This document shows, in pieces, positions 62,977 through 64,000 of a DNA stretch of 64,000 nt. The position numbers and the translations under genes were made by a program. The DNA is from Clostridia bacterium. GTDB lineage: Bacteria > Bacillota > Clostridia > UBA1381 > UMGS1253. The notes below the pieces were generated by a model, which was given only the letters and a program-made list of their open reading frames with translations, did no database searches and was not told the origin of the DNA. The stretch's first letter is position 1, and each line of letters begins with the position of its first letter. The DNA is taken from the NCBI GenBank assembly GCA_045537695.1, contig JAZSQB010000069.1, positions 4,730 through 68,729 of the forward strand. The letters are read 5' to 3'.

Positions 62977-63654
62977 TTAAATTATCCCGAACAGAACAAA
63001 CCCAATGGTGTTAATCGCAAAATTTGCAAACATATGCACCAACCACGAAGGATAGATTGTGCCGCTCTTCGCATTGAGATAATTAAAGATCAGTCCGCCG
63101 GCAAAAAGACCGATTAGCACAATTGCAAACACCGGCAGCGAAAACCATCCGAGCATCATCGCAACGTGATAAAGTGCAAACACGACGGCACTGAAAATGT
63201 AGGCAAAGCGCTGCCCCGTCAGCTTCTGCAGATTCAAAAATGCAAAGCCGCGGAAGAAAAACTCCTCTAACAGCGAGTTGACAAACGAGATATACAGCGA
63301 TACATAAATAAAGTTCTTGCCATGCACGCCGATGTTCTGTGTCAGGCTCTTGGTGATGTTTGAAAAATCAAACACGCCTCTGAGCAAAAAATAGCCGCCC
63401 AGAATCACTGCAAAAACGCCAAGCCCTAGCCCAAGTGCCGGCAAAATGCTTTTTCTGTCTATCCGAAACAATGGCAAGACACTAAGCGAAGCATCTATAC
63501 GTGCATACAGCGCCGGAACGCCTAAAAACAGCACGAGCTTGATGGCGGATTTAGCAAAGTAATTCACCTGCAGCACACCGTCCACCACTGCCATCACGGC
63601 GCAAAACAGCACAACGAGTGCGCACAGTAAATATATGCGTTTTTTGTTTTGCAT
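62977..63654 (-). CDS. CPBP family intramembrane glutamic endopeptidase (CAAX/Abi type)
   Basis: EEFFFRGF motif 1, FALYH motif 2, LVHMFAN motif 3. Polytopic. Confidence 0.85.
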   Translation of the reverse strand: MQNKKRIYLLCALVVLFCAVMAVVDGVLQVNYFAKSAIKLVLFLGVPALYARIDASLSVLPLFRIDRKSILPALGLGLGVFAVILGGYFLLRGVFDFSNITKSLTQNIGVHGKNFIYVSLYISFVNSLLEEFFFRGFAFLNLQKLTGQRFAYIFSAVVFALYHVAMMLGWFSLPVFAIVLIGLFAGGLIFNYLNAKSGTIYPSWLVHMFANFAINTIGFVLFGII

Positions 63655-63677
63655 ATGTATTACCCCTTGTGTATCAA

Positions 63678-63701
63678 AGAGGACATCTTGTAACGTCCTC
63701 T
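63678..63701 (-). terminator. hairpin downstream of the partial CBM9-like gene
   Basis: AGAGGAC (63678-63684) pairs with GTCCTCT (63695-63701). Short T-run. Confidence 0.5.
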
Positions 63702-63710
63702 CCTATAACA

Positions 63711-64000
63711 TTATTCCAATACAAATTTATCGAAAAATTCCGGTCGGTGATAATCCGGTTCCGGCACATCAATCGGATAGTAAGTCAAATAGTGCGTGTT
63801 CTCCACTTCGTCGCCGCATTTATATAAATTACCGTACATCACCTTGTCACATTTGCCGAAATTACGCTCAATAAATTCAAACGGCACCGTAAACATCAGA
63901 TTCCATTCCTTGTCATCCACTTCGCTTTTTGCGCCGAAGTATTTTTTATCCTCCGTCGGGAACGCGGAATCATCGCGTCCTGTACGGATACCAAGATACA
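63711..64000 (-). CDS. carbohydrate-binding family 9-like domain protein, C-terminal part (5' end beyond window)
   Basis: The frame is open to the window edge (..YLGIRTGRDDSAFPTEDKKYFGAKSEVDDKEWNL..). Ending ..GNLYKCGDEVENTHYLTYYPIDVPEPDYHRPEFFDKFVLE is typical of CBM9-like proteins. Confidence 0.6.
   Translation of the reverse strand, partial: YLGIRTGRDDSAFPTEDKKYFGAKSEVDDKEWNLMFTVPFEFIERNFGKCDKVMYGNLYKCGDEVENTHYLTYYPIDVPEPDYHRPEFFDKFVLE

Noticed and set aside
1-64000. Scan for CRISPR arrays, rRNA genes, reverse transcriptases (retron/DGR) and prophage genes.
   Set aside because: I saw no regularly spaced direct repeats, no rRNA-like conserved stretches, and no RT, integrase, capsid or terminase-like ORFs. 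The only mobile-element gene set is the IS3 transposase.

Overview
This 64-kb window looks like a sporulating Clostridia-type Firmicute. Single-line spot counts put the core genes at about 48-55% GC. About 100 features are listed; coordinates are hand-counted and short sites may be off by 1-2 nt.

Backbone (mostly minus strand):
- A hydrogenase-like sensor module at the left edge.
- birA, ychF, malQ, tRNA-Gly(GCC), spoIVFB-like protease, metK.
- The division/shape block mgsA-minEDC-PBP2-mreDC-maf.
- A U32 protein, zapA, and a cysteine desulfurase/DUF3343 pair.
- cwlD and a complete spoIIIAA-AH operon.
- cca, a type III glutamine synthetase and coaX.

Three regions stand out:
1. **AT-rich accessory region upstream of ychF (about 3.4-17.0 kb).** It has two modules and is cut by four copies of an att-like repeat. 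One copy carries a second, diverged copy of the ychF start codon region. Module 1 encodes VTC-like polyphosphate polymerase, DUF4956, a secreted low-complexity protein, CotH, a two-component system and an IS3 element. Module 2 encodes AraC, an AtuA-like protein, DUF4387, an M20 amidohydrolase and a two-subunit Fe-S hydro-lyase.
2. **A Leu-specific T-box leader (58.8-63.0 kb).** Its specifier is CUC. It drives a LeuA-like protein that has lost its catalytic motifs, followed by a TIM-barrel::acyl-CoA-synthetase fusion.
3. **A 1503-aa secreted heparinase II/III-type multidomain protein.** It sits beside an unexplained 460-bp non-coding stretch.

I found no CRISPR array, rRNA gene or recognisable defence system. 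The only recombinase gene visible in the window is the IS3 transposase.
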